A DNA stretch of 64,000 bases, taken from contig OX597827.1 in the NCBI GenBank assembly GCA_951406725.2, positions 79,732,001-79,796,000 of the forward strand, given 5' to 3'. Source of the DNA: Octopus vulgaris (Eukaryota). This document shows, piece after piece, positions 38,601 through 51,359 of this stretch (positions are counted from its first letter, which is position 1; each line of letters opens with the position of its first letter). Under the pieces are notes generated by a model that was not told the DNA's origin, did not search any database, and saw nothing but the letters and a program-made list of their open reading frames with translations. The position numbers were made by a program, and so were the translations under genes.

Positions 38601-40141
38601 CATTATCTTGCGCGTGCAGCAGTGGAGAAAACTGGCTGATTTTGGTGTTGAGTATAACTTTTCGTGTGCTCTTACTATCACCCATCACTTTACTGAACCT
38701 ACTGACTGCATTTTATTATGTCACTTGGCAACAGAGGAGGACTAAAGAGTTCTCTCTACCTTGTAGCAGTTTTTGCTTAAAGTTATGGTTCTTCATCCTT
38801 CAATGGGTTGTCAAAGTCCTTTGTCATACCACAACTCATCAGTCCAGCCAGAGAATTCATGAAATAATTATTGGTTGCGAGAAATTAGGATATCACAAAT
38901 GAAGTGTAGAAATTTGTTTTTGTGCATGTGCACAAAATATTCCGTATTCTGAGATGAATGCATATATTCAAGGCAATGCCATGTGACTGAGATGGAAAGA
39001 GGATGACCGATGTATGTGATTTAGAAGACAGACTGTACAAAGGCTAAGGCTGCCCGAGAGGGAAGAAGTATAGGAATACTGGCACTCGGAGTACAGGAGG
39101 GGAGAGTGAACTAGTAAGTGATTCACAAGTAGTCACCTTCACATTGAGATGGGCTCAAGTGATGAGAGTGATGTCAGAAAGAACAGAGAAAAGGTGGATC
39201 CAGTACTAATGAATGTTACAATGGAGTGTTAGGGACAGGGTCAGGGTAGGTGCACTAGCATCTCTAGTTGCATTGGAAGAAATGTGCAGTCATACTATCA
39301 ATTTGATAGGATGCTGGGAATTGAGAAGAAGAGATGAGCAATTGAGATGAGTGAAAGAATGCAGTAAATAGAAAAGATCTACTGCCTTTCTTAGTCATAC
39401 TGACTGCAGAGTATAGTGAGATTGAGAAGAAAAAGATGAAGTGTTTGCAAGATGAAGAATAAGGGTATGGGTTCAGAGAAGGAAAGAAATAATGGTATGA
39501 GTGAAAAAAAACGGGGTGGTGATGAGGGGATAAGTTATATGGATGTTAGAGGGTGAGTGGCTATAAAAGAAGTTAATGATGTAAACTTGACAGCAGGCAG
39601 ATATATATGCATGCCAGTATGTGTGTATACAAGCACATATATATATTTGTCTAACAATACATGTCTATGTATATATACAAACAGACATATACATAATGAT
39701 TTTAGTGTCGTTTTACCTCACTTGGACAGGTAAGAGGGCCTTCTCTCACACTGTATACCAACACTCACTGCTGTTCTTTGTCATCTACCTCATAGTAACA
39801 ATTTGTTTTCTGTCTTCACTTCACAAGCACACACACACACACACACACATCTTTTAAATCTGTTTTTGGGAAACATTTTGAATATGCAGATAAGGCTCCT
39901 ATTCCATTAGGCCAGCTACAGTCAATCAACCTTCTCACTGGTCACAAGTGATAAACAACCCTCAGTTAAACACCCATTAATGCTCTATTGCCAGAAGAAA
40001 TGAATCGATGAAGATGATCTACCTGATGCCCATGGATACCTTGGACTACACTGTAATCATCCCAGCAATATGGACTGTAAGAGACATGTGATGCATTAGA
40101 ATATTTATAAAATCCATTGAAGGATTATTATTATTATTACA

Positions 40142-40184
<43 letters not shown>

Positions 40185-40671
40185 AACAAAAGATTCGTAA
40201 TTTTTTCGATATTATTAAATTTCTCTGTCTGAAGAATTTCTGATAGGAAATTCCTTTCATGTCTATCTAACATGTAAAACTTTGTTATTCCTATTAGCAA
40301 ATGAAACATGTGTAATGGAGAATAAATAATACCAAAAAATTTGCCAATTTCCTATTTTATTATACAATAACTCTGCAAATAGTATTTCCATAATTCTCAA
40401 TTTCAATATGTATTTTGAACTAACATACAGCAACAACTGAGACTCCATATTGGATGGTAATAATGGAATAAGCAGATGTACGTTAAAAGGAAGCATTGGG
40501 ACTTACCCTAACTACCTAGATAATTTAAATAAGTATATATAAATAATTCATATATAAATTATATATAATTTAAGTACACACACACACACACACACACATA
40601 CACACACACACACATATATATATAGTAACAGTATTAATAAAATAGATGGAATGAGTAAAACATTTTATTAG

Positions 40672-40711
40672 GTACAACACATGTTTTGACCTATTCTGGG
40701 TCTCCAGGTAC
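40672..40711 (-). ncRNA. Inverted partner hammerhead-like motif (degenerate)
   Basis: Minus strand: gtac-CTGGAGAc-ccagaatag-gtc-AAAAC-atgt-GTT-gtac. Confidence 0.5.
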
Positions 40712-41271
40712 ATCAATCTAAATTCATATATGTATATATATATCTATATAAATTAGAGAAAAACCACTATTATTCAATTCAAACAATGATAGACATAAGC
40801 CATATCATAAACTTATTATATATTACTTATATATTGTTTATTCATTTTTGTACTTTTTGTACTTATTATATATTGTTTATTCATTTTTATACATTTTGTG
40901 ATCTAGTTATATGTTTTATAATATATTTTATTTTTTATTTATGATTTTGTTGATGTCTATCATTGTTTGAATTGCTTAATAGTGGTTTTCTCTAATTTAT
41001 ATATATTATATATTTATATTGTGAAATTTGATTTAATACTAAATTGAATTTTTCCCTGTAAGTTTGGAGTTATACTCCCTAATATTATTATTAGTATTAT
41101 ATATATATGTGTGTGTGTGTGTGTACATATATATATGTCTACATATTCAGCTGTGCACATTTTCATTTTTTGTAGGTGTATGCATATATTATTGTGAATT
41201 TGTGTATACATGTACAAGGGTGTATGTTTATATGTATGCATACATATTTGAATATGTGTGTATATGTATAT

Positions 41272-41308
<37 letters not shown>

Positions 41309-41563
41309 CTTATGTGTATATGTGAGTATATTAACAAGTGTGTATGTCAAACTTTACACAGACGTCTGTATCTTGCTTTACGTACGAATATATGCATATA
41401 TTTACCTATGTTATGTATATATATTTATGTATATTTACACGTGTACCTGCATATATGAGTTCCTATACATATATATGTTTGTATTCGTCTATACATGTGT
41501 GTATGTGTCTGTATCTAGTTGTATGTATATACCTGTATACTTGGATGTGTGTGTGTGAGTGCG

Positions 41564-41594
<31 letters not shown>

Positions 41595-41823
41595 CTAAGT
41601 ATTATCTTCCTTTCGACTTCTACACCCTTTTCTTTCTCTTAACAGTTACAACAACGAAGGCTCGTTACGTTATTTTCTCTAATCGAGAATGTATAATTTT
41701 CACATATTTGAATTTTTTGCATTTCAATTTTTCTCTGTTTTTTACTCATTCACAAAGGTGATGGACATGGAGCAGTATGTAAAACCGAATCAGAAAATCT
41801 CTAGTTAGACTCTGTTTATAGAT

Positions 41824-41865
41824 GTACCCAAAGAGACTCAGAACAGGTCGAAACATGTGTCGTAC
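41824..41865 (+). ncRNA. Type-I hammerhead-like motif (degenerate core)
   Basis: gtac-CCAAAGA-gac-tcagaacag-gtc-GAAAC-atgt-GTC-gtac: all three stems and the GUC site are intact; two changes from CUGANGA. Confidence 0.6.
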
Positions 41866-42026
41866 CTGATAAAATATTTTACTCATTCCATCTATTTTAT
41901 TAAGACTGTTACCCCAACTGCTATGACAAAGTTCCTGCAATAAATCTACGGATAACAACAGGTAATTGATATACTGTGCCAGTGCTTTACTCATTACCTT
42001 TTATACATTTTGTATGATTTCTCCAT

Positions 42027-42059
<33 letters not shown>

Positions 42060-43164
42060 CTTTTGAATAGAGAAAGTAACATGTATATTTCACATATGTG
42101 GCAAGAAATTTATCTTAAAAAGAATAAGAACCCTCATTTCAGAATAAATTAAAGTCATTTTATTTATTAAATATATAAACCCTTGGGTTCTGAGAAAAAG
42201 TCAAGAGTATTTTAAATGATAGTTGTTGAAGTTATATTGAAGATACCAGAAAGTATGATAGAATACTTTTCTAGGTGCTCTGTAGAGAATATCAGCAGTT
42301 TTCCAATAAGTCAACTACAAATAATCAGAAAATTCTGAGATTTGAAATAATTCCAAGCAGTGAAAAAGGAGAATAGTTTTTGGATATGGATTTTCCAAAA
42401 GCAAAGTTGCATTTCTGCCAAGATAGGTTAATTGAGATTGAATGTATGACAATGGCAAATCATGAATATTTGTTTGTTATACAAGAATAGAAAGTGCCCC
42501 AGTCATTAAAGTCTCTCAAAAGCAAGATGCTTATGAAAATATGAAAAACACAAAATTCTATTTTTCTTGGCTTTAAAACATTGAATCCAAACTTCCTTAT
42601 TAAAAGTTAGAAAAAGCAAAGTAATATAATGGTAATACCATAATTCTATAAGAAGTAGGATTAAAAAAGCAGGATGATCTTGTTATAGATATTGCAAAAT
42701 GACTTATCTTTTCAATTCACTTTCATGCATTATCATCATCATCATCGTTTAACATCCTCCTTCCATGCTGGCGTGGGTGGGAATAAAAGATTTAACAGAC
42801 CATAAAATTGTTGAATCTGGCAACTTTATTCTAAACACAACTTAGTGGGAAGGTAGACATATACAACCTATTTATGTAACTCTTACACATATTCAGCTTC
42901 TAAATATATTTTCAAAATCCTTTATACATTCAGTATGAAGTGTTTAGGTATACATTATCACATGTCTCTTATCTTTATATACTTCTGCAGGTGTATATGT
43001 GTTTGAATAGTGCATATATGCTTCTTGCAATATACTAGGAGAAGGCAGGTTTACTACTTAAAACAAACTTTTTTATTAAATGGTCCCTCAATGAATAAAT
43101 GATTTGATTTCCTGTTACTCATTTGATGTAAAGAGGTGTTATAAAATCTTTGATCTATTATTTA

Positions 43165-43472
43165 CATTTACAACAGCAATAATAATAATGAAGAAGGTGA
43201 AGATAGTGTCAGTTATTGTTGGGTTCTTGGGAGCAGTTTCAGAAGGCATCAAGAGAAATATAAAGGAAATTAGAATAGAGTGCCTTGTAGAAGTGTTAGA
43301 AAAAGTGTTTGCCTCCTTGGCACGACCAGAATAATCAGGAAAGTATCAGATAGCTGAACAGAAAGACTAGAATGGTATTGTAGGCTGGTGCAGGTAGCAA
43401 GCCTGTTGTGCATGCAAGACCCCAGAAGCTCCAACAAAACCTGTGATAAAGAGAAAATAATAATAATGATAA
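43165..43472 (+). mobile_element. R4/Dong-like 3' fragment with (AAT)n on both sides
   Basis: MKKVKIVSVIVGFLGAVSEGIKRNIKEIRIECLVEVLEK; aataataataat upstream and aataataataatgataat downstream. Confidence 0.7.
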
Positions 43473-43474
43473 TC

Positions 43475-43660
43475 CTTTCTACTGGAGGCACAAGGCCTCA
43501 AATTTGAGGGGAAGGGATTAGTTGATTACATCTACCCCAGTGTTTCACTGGTACTTAATTTATTGACCCTGAAAGGATAAAAGGCAAAGTCATTCTTGGT
43601 GGAATTTGAACTCGCAATTTGCTTGGCATTCTAATGATTCTGCCATATCACTACCTTAAT
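43475..43660 (-). mobile_element. SINE family A
   Basis: aggcacaaggcc..actggtacttaatttattgaccctgaaaggataaaaggcaaagtc..ggaatttgaactc. Confidence 0.8.
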
Positions 43661-43696
43661 AATAATAATAATAATAGTTTTGTATTGGTGTAAAAG

Positions 43697-44150
43697 GTGG
43701 CTACAGCAAATATTCTACTCAGTACCACAGATTTACTTATCAGTTGTTTGATCTTAACCAGTTGAAGATATCCCTTAGTAGCTGACAATATGTGCATCTC
43801 TGATCATGAGCAGAAGTAGAGGGAGAACATCATGGCCATGTGTTGAGAGGAATTCTTTGGGGTTTGAATAACTCACCTCTTTTAACATGGGTGTTTCTTT
43901 CAACATCTTTAAACAACGGGACCTTTTGAGTGGGATGGCCTACTTGACCTGAAGAAAATTCTAACTGGACCCCACCTGCAAGGTCATGCACTGTTTATCT
44001 TGATATAAGATTACCATATTGCACACATTTTTGTGATGCATGTGCCTAGTGTACCCTTATTAGATATTAGATGGGTACATTGGGCTTCATATATTTGTTC
44101 CCCAGTGTCACTTAGATGGCATGCGCTGCTCTCTCACTCAATAATAATAC
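43697..44150 (+). mobile_element. Interspersed repeat family D
   Basis: Inverted relative to 9650-10110; ends ctctctcactcaataataatactaata. Confidence 0.8.
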
Positions 44151-46159
44151 TAATATGTTGTATAAGCATCACCCTGAGACTGAAACCGAGGGAGAATCCG
44201 CATATGGATTCTACCTTCTCTGACTGTGTACCTGTGATTCCAGTACACCTCTTCTGCATCCACAGTTAACATAAATTTATTTCTGTCTGTATCCGTGTGC
44301 ATCTGATCATTTCCTTTTATGCATGAATCAGCATGAATGCTCTTTTATTTACAAGTAGCAGGATCTCGACAATTGCAGCTGATTATTATAAAAAACAAAT
44401 ACAGTGTTTTGCAAGTGTTTAAGGCTATGTTTATGAAATGGTTTTAAGAAAGAACAGATTTCATATCAATTAATCAATCCCATGCATCCACTTATATGAT
44501 TTTGAAATTATAAGGTATTAATAAAAAATTTGTCGATCAAATTTTCTGCCTATCATTACTTCAGATCATGTTTCTTCATTTTATTTATTTCTACCAGCTA
44601 AAATTAGAAATTGGTAAAGTGGGAAACAGAGAAAAGAAAGACTTATTATACTTAAATCAAAAAGGAACTTTACCCACAGCTTACAACTTCAAGTATATAC
44701 TAAACTGAGAATGTATGCACACAAATATATAAGACTGTACTATTGAGGAAATCCTTTTTTCATAAATTATATGATTCAGAGTTGATAATATTGATGTACA
44801 ATTCATGAAATAACTTCTACTCTCTAATGCAATATTAGTCTACTATTGAAATGTTTTCTACTGTCAAACACCAACTGAAGCCTTGGGTGGTGAGACTCCA
44901 ACAAAATTATTCCTGTCTCATAAAGAAAATTCCATGAGATTTATTTCAGAAATAATATCAAGTTTCTTTTATATGCTACCATAAATTGGTTCAGCTTGGC
45001 CTCATTCTATGCATTTCTTGTTTCTGCATTTAGCTTGGCCATAACTTTCATACTTCATTTACTCATCCACTTCCTATCGTTCATTCATCTAACATATATA
45101 TTCTTCTTCTTTCTTCTAGCAAGTTCTTTATATTTACAACAGCAGAATGTTATTTTAGATTACCTATATATTATCATACAGATTTATGTTAAAACACCAT
45201 CACAATATTTGCATGTCCTTTCATCATAGTTATAGATCAGCTTCTTTTATTGCTTATGTTCCATAAGGGTATAATATAAAATTCCTAATGCAATCTGTCT
45301 TCCGAGTAATAAAGTTTCCTAAATTTCTTTCATCAACTCTGTATTCAAACCACTTTACTTTGCTAAACTCCGCCCAATACATTGGCCATGGCACCTAGAT
45401 AATTGAAGTTTTCAATCATTTTCAGAGGACCAGCAGTGAACACCATTAACTTCCCAGATGGTTTGTTCCCAGAACTAGCCATATTAGAAGATCTCTCTCT
45501 CTCTCTCTCTTTCTTTTTTCTTTTCCTTTCTTTTTTTATATCATATTTGAAAATCCAGTTGTCAGAGCTAAGCAGTCAGATTAATGCACACATATTTATA
45601 GCAGATATCATCAACTATGCAGGGATGATAAAAAAATTTAGAGTGTGTGCATGATGGTGAAGGGAGTAGAAGGAAATGTGTTCAGATTCTCATCTCGCAC
45701 AGATACCTTTATTAGACATCAATATTGGTACTAGCAATGAATGAATGCATTTTCAGAACACTCAGGCCATCACATAGTCAATTATTTTTCTACTAGCAGT
45801 ACTGACTTTTCTGCACAATGCCTTTTTTTTCACTCAATCCTCAAACTTCACACATACATACTTACGTAAACACACACATGTACATATATCATGCACACTC
45901 ATTTGAAGTAGAAATATATAGTTACTGAGACATATATGTATTCAATCTCAACTCTATACACACACATACATATATATATTTGCATATACATATAGAAATA
46001 TGCACAGCAGTCCAACATGGAAAATGGACATTAAATGATGATGGTAATTACATAGACACACACTCACTTCAGAAATTTAACAAAAAACACAACAAACAAA
46101 ATTTTACAAAAACATAACAAACAAAGTTTGTAGCTAATTCCTCAACCAACAACCAAAAT

Positions 46160-46500
46160 CTGCTGGTTAGTTCAGTTGCCTGTGTCCCAAAGGGGTAGTG
46201 GACATACTTTTGAACTGTTCATTCAGTATTTCCCTTATCCTCATTGGGTTTCCTGTGAGGGAGTCATCCTTTTGGAACAGGGGCCCTATCTTGTGTACTG
46301 AGGCTATTTCTTTGGTAAATTTGAAGAAAGTTTTAGGGTTTGGCTCAATATTTTCTATAACCCAGACCTCTTTGTATACTCTCTCTTTTTCATGGGATTC
46401 ATACAGACTTTTGTCAATCTCCCACAGCATTTTTTTCAGGCAGGACTTTCCCCCTACTTTTGAGATATTTGTTCAGATGGTTTGCAATCTTTGTTGGTTG
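46160..46500 (-). mobile_element. CR1/Jockey-group LINE ORF2 fragment (tether region)
   Basis: ENIEPNPKTFFKFTK...IGPL..KDDSLT.NP....EILNEQFKS matches the NPK.F..Y / L..F.SVF pattern. Confidence 0.65.
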
Positions 46501-46514
46501 GATCAATGGCAGAT

Positions 46515-46950
46515 TCTGTGAGGCTTATGTTCAAAGTGTGCTGCAGCACAATATTGAGATATGGGCCTTAAAAGCAGAGAACCTGCAAAGACTAGAAAGA
46601 AGTGAGATGAACATGCTTCACTGGATGTGCCATACTAGTGGTGATGGTCAAGGAAGGACAAACTGGGTAGAAGAGGAATCAGGTGTAGCATGCAAGTCAT
46701 GTCAGACAGGAAACTGCAATAGATGGCAGAAGGCAGCTACATGAGCAAGTGTTGAGTGCTTAATGTAAATGGTACCTGAGGGAGAGAGAGGGGGGAACTT
46801 ATGGTAAGGTGGGGGAAATGATCACAAGATATTACATCTAATGAAAGAGTGGACTGAGGACTACATAGTTGGCAATACGTAGTACTACAGGAGTCCTGAC
46901 CTCCTGCACAAGCTTGGTGAAATACTTGTTGAAACAGTGGGATGATGCAT
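46515..46950 (+). mobile_element. RTE LINE 3' fragment
   Basis: EAYVQSVLQHNIEIWALKAENLQRLERSEMNMLHWMC resembles ACV.S.MLYGSETWA....RLE..E..MLRWMC. Confidence 0.65.
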
Positions 46951-47854
46951 GCATAATTGTGCATCTTTCTTTTCTCTGTCTATATCCTCACATCTTCTCA
47001 CTATTCTCTTTTCTATACTCTATCTTTTTCTCATCTCTTCTACTCTCAGTGTCATGGCACTCATAACTGAGACGAAGATACTCAATTTGAATTTCTCCTC
47101 CATACCTAGATCTTACTCTCCCTTCCTTCCTCTTTCCTCCAGAATCATGATATTTGAGTTGAAAGGGATTACTCTTGAGTGACCTTTACCCCAACCCTTC
47201 TAATTTGCCTGTTACCATGCTTTCTTGGACATGTTACCTTGAAGAATCACTCAGGTTCTTCATCATCCTCTTATCTCCGCACCATGCACCACTCAATCCA
47301 CCTGTATATAACATTGGGCAGCACTGTATCTCCATTGCTATTCTCCCACAACAATAAATCTCTTCTATCCATCATAGGATCTTTTACTTTGAACTCCAAG
47401 GTGACCCCACCAGTGCTGGTGCCACAAAAAATACTCTAAGTGATTGATAATCATTTCAAGTAGTCACAAGGTAACCTCTCTAGTGTTGGTGCCACAAAAG
47501 ATGCACCCAATACACACTGTAAAGTGGTTTGTATAAGTAAGACCATCTAATGGTAGTCGAGCTGATACAGTGGAGCAAAGCATGATCCTCTGATCTGTTG
47601 GGTCCTCTTGAACTGTTAAACCCATGTCAGTATAGAAAACAGGTCTTAAAAAACAGTGATGAAGATGATGATGATGTTTTCATTCATACTAGTAGTAAAA
47701 TATTTATTTGGGGTTATGGCTCAGAATATTTATTTGTGAGGTTGATTTTCAGTTAATTACTTTTTGTCTCAACCTCACATCATTTAATATGAGACAAAAT
47801 TAAAGTATTCTTTTCAGTCTAAATTCTAGATATTGAAGTTTCAAAACTCACAAT

Positions 47855-47902
47855 GCCTTGTGAGTGGATTTGGTAGACGGAAACTGAAAGAAGCCTGTCG
47901 TA

Positions 47903-47961
<59 letters not shown>

Positions 47962-48180
47962 ATATGTTTGTGTGTCTGTGTTTGTCCCGCTAGCATTGCT
48001 TGACAACCGATGCTGGTGTGTTTATGTCCCCGTCACTTAGCGGTTCGGCAAAAGAGACCAATAGAATAAGTACTGGGCTTTCAAAGAATAAGTCCCGGGG
48101 TCGATCTGCTCGACTAAAGGCGGTGCTCCAGCATGGCCGCAGTCAAATGACTGAAACAAGTAAAAGAGAGAAAGAGAGAA
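47855..48180 (+). mobile_element. SINE family B, CpG-rich (young) copy with internal (TA)n
   Basis: gccttgtgagtggatttggtagacggaaactgaaagaagc...ggcggtgctccagcatggccgcagtcaaatgactgaaacaagtaaaag. Confidence 0.8.
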
Positions 48181-48968
48181 CCAAAATCCTAGGTGAGATG
48201 GTAAAATGAAAGAGCACTAGAGATGGGGCAGACAGTAAAGACTGGAGTTTATGATTTGTAACTTGCTTTGAGTTCAAATCCCACTGGAGTTGGTTTTCCT
48301 CCCAGCAAAATTTTAGCTTTCTACCCAATAGAAAATAATCGATGTATAATACAAATAAAATCTGAGAGACTTAAAAAGAATGCTAGAATGGCAGAAACTT
48401 AGTTTTATTTGTGTATATATGTGAGAAAATAGGTAACACACAATCACACACACATATGAAAAGGTTTTACCAGTTTGTGTGGAAACAAGTGAATTAGCTA
48501 AATCATTGAAAGTAATTGAAGCAAGATAGTCCTGTAGTCAGATAATCCCAAGATTTAGATTCCTACAAGATAACATTGATATTTACTATTCAAATTACAA
48601 AAGAAGTTAACAAATCAATTTATATGCAAATAAGCTGATAACAATTACTTTTGTGGCTTTGTGATTTTTTCTCTCTCTCTCTCACTGACTCTTGCTTTAA
48701 CCTGTGAAGCTCATGTCTATAAATTCCAGATCATAGCTGATGTTGTTGCTGGGTAATTTCTTTGACTAGGCACAAGGTTAATTTACAAAAGGCAATAATG
48801 TCACTGAATGGGGGAACTCTAATATATTACTGACATTATTGCAATGAGGTATTTAGCTCAATGCTCTGTTAGTCTTGCAAATCCATTGACCAAAAATCTT
48901 TTAGTATAAAAAATAAACATTAAATTTAGCTTTTCGACCATTGTCATAGTAACTATATTTCCCTCTGA

Positions 48969-49006
<38 letters not shown>

Positions 49007-49471
49007 CACAAGAACTGTATATTTGTTTCCTTTACGTAGTTACCATTCATATAAAACTCATAATCACCATTATAACTCATCGTAACTTGTTAAAAAACTA
49101 AAAATTTGTTCTCACAGCTATTTCCTTTTAAATTTAGCTTTAATATTTTTCCCTCCATTTATTCACACACACACACACACACGTATATGCATGCATGCAT
49201 ACATGTGTGTGTGTGTGTGTGTATACGTGCATGGGTAGGTTAACAGGAGTTTGCCAGGTAGAAGAACTGAAGGTTATATTTAACTAAGGTATCTTCGGTC
49301 TGAGTAATTTTTACTTCCAAGGTTCTGCTAGCTATGAAACATATGTAGCCTGGATTTTACCTGCTCAATTTGGATGGATATGTATGTATGTATATATATA
49401 TATATATAAATTAACAGAATGAGATAAAAATCCAAGGCTTTGAAAGATTTCAGAACATTTATAAATAGAAG

Positions 49472-49519
49472 GTTTTACTGCTGTTTCCAGGATATTTTAT
49501 ATATCCCTTCATCGGAGAC
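49472..49519 (-). ncRNA. Hammerhead-like motif, third sequence family (degenerate)
   Basis: Minus strand: gtct-CCGATGA-agggatat-ataaa-atatcctg-GAAAC-agca-GTA-aaac; long stem II and a GUA site. Confidence 0.5.
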
Positions 49520-49894
49520 GATGTGAGAAAAAGGTTAAGCCATAGTTATTCTAGATAAGATATGAAATAGTGAGTGAAGTGGAGGAATGAAAATAGACAT
49601 GAAATATGCAGGGATATTGTATCTGCAGTTCCATTATTTAGGCAGAATGGTATACATATAAGATTCCTGTACCTTGTGAGTAAGTTCCAATGGTATTTAA
49701 AATTGGTCATTATACACACACACACACATTATGTTAGTGGTATCAAATTGAAGAAATACCAGTTGATAGAATATAAATAAATATTACATAAATGCAGTCT
49801 CAGTCTTCTCTAAATACACTGGCCTCGGTCAGCTGTATTGATGTACTAACATTCTTGCAGTCAGTAAAATTCAACTTAAGTCTGACAAAGTTTG

Positions 49895-50022
49895 TAAGTT
49901 GGGATTTTAGAATTTTGGTCATCATGTGTAAGACAGGATGATAGAATTTTGATCATCTTGTGGAATACAAGATATTAAAACTTTCATTGTCATGTCTAAG
50001 ATGAAATGTTAGAATTTTTGTC
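49895..50022. repeat. Degenerate ~33-bp tandem repeat, about 3.5 units
   Basis: tagaattttggtcatcatgtgtaagacaggatga / tagaattttgatcatcttgtggaatacaagatat / ...tagaatttttgtc. Confidence 0.55.
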
Positions 50023-50349
50023 CCAACACCTTATCTTGTGACATGTTCCAGTTAGGTTTGTTTATCTTGTCTTACAGTCAAATCTTTTAACTGATTGAAA
50101 GAATGGTAGCAGATCAACACTGCTGTTGAGGAATGCAGGGGATCAGTATGGAATCCCAATTTTAATTCTCATAATACACACACATGTATTCTGCAAGAGT
50201 GGTTGTGCAGTTACAAAGTTCACTTCACGACAATATGGTTTGAGATTTATCTGGCAGCTTGAGTCTTTGCCTTTAGCTTCCAACCGACCAATGACTTGTG
50301 AGTGGAATTAGTAGATGAAAATTGTGCCAAACCCTGTTAAATACATACA

Positions 50350-51345
50350 TACATGATGGCCATACACTCATGACCCAGGAAGACCATTGCTGACCTTTAG
50401 GAACATTGTGCGCTCTAGGACTAACTTATATTTTGCATTTGTGGCTCCATTGGTGGCTAATGCGTCCTCCTGTTGACAAGCATACATGACAGCAAACATT
50501 GCAAACCAAGCTTTCCCCATTCATTACACTAGCCATGTGCTTTTGAGCAGCAAGCTTAAATTCTTTATGCAGAATACGTGCTCTCTCTCAAAGGTTGACA
50601 CCTTTGAGAGAGTTCTTTCATTCAGTCTCCTGCATATTACAGGCCTTTATTGAGGACTTGACACAGTCCTTAAATCGCAGCCTTGGTTTCTGCTGGGGTC
50701 TTTTCCTATTAACAAGTTCCCCATATAGCATCTGTTTAGGGATCCTGCTATCCTTCATTCTAACATGTCCATTCCAATGTAAACGGTGCTTATGCACCAT
50801 CGCCTCAATACTCAAGACATCAGCTTTCCTCAGGACCTGTGTATCTGGGGTTTTTAAGGTTCAGCCAACAATCAGAATGTGTCTCAGACATCTCTGATTA
50901 AAGCGTTCAAGGACCTTTGCATGATGTTTGTAAAGGTTCCGTATCTCACATTAGTAAAGGAGCAATGTCAGGACACATGCATGGTACACAGCAATTTTTG
51001 TTTGCCTTGTGATGCCATGCTGGGCCCAGATACGAGACTGAAGAGACCTTAAGGAATCAGTTGCTCTCTGCAGCCTTAAAGATATTTCATCTTCCAAGGA
51101 GCAAGAACGGCTGAGTATGCTGACCAGGTAAACAAACTTGTCTACCACTTCCGGTATTGTTCCTTTAACCAAGTTAGCTGGTTCCACATATGGATTTCCT
51201 GGTGCAGGCTGGAACATTACAACATGCAAGAAGCAGAAATACAATTCATAAGTATTTGCATGTCATCCACTGTATGAGTGACTATGTCACAGTCATCTGC
51301 ATATAGGAGGTCACGAATAAAAGACTAGAAAACTTTTGAAGAGGA
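50350..51345 (-). mobile_element. RTE-BovB-like LINE, 3' portion, degenerate
   Basis: IRDLLYADDCDIV, VVDKFVYL.SILSR, TKIAVYHACVLTLLLY, RLHWNGHVRMKDSRIPKQMLYGEL..KR....PRLRFKD. Confidence 0.88.
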
Positions 51346-51359
51346 TTGCTACATGCAGA

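Larger units (their letters stand above)
40625..41912. mobile_element. Non-coding element bounded by ~95-bp inverted repeats, each with a hammerhead-like motif
   Basis: 40625-40722 is the reverse complement of 41814-41912. A nested second IR spans 40745-40795 and 40953-41003. The interior is AT/GT low-complexity. Confidence 0.75.

Noticed and set aside
38640-39420. Possible decayed LINE endonuclease region (similar doubts at 58290-58900 and 61290-61900)
   Set aside because: Composition suggests old repeats, but no motif could be read confidently.
41014-41761. ORFs up to 164 aa rich in Y/I/V/C
   Set aside because: Translations of (TA)n/(TG)n low-complexity DNA; the same holds for 53620-54192 and 60996-61313.
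49895-50022. CRISPR-like array
   Set aside because: Degenerate head-to-tail units without unique spacers, eukaryotic context, no cas genes.
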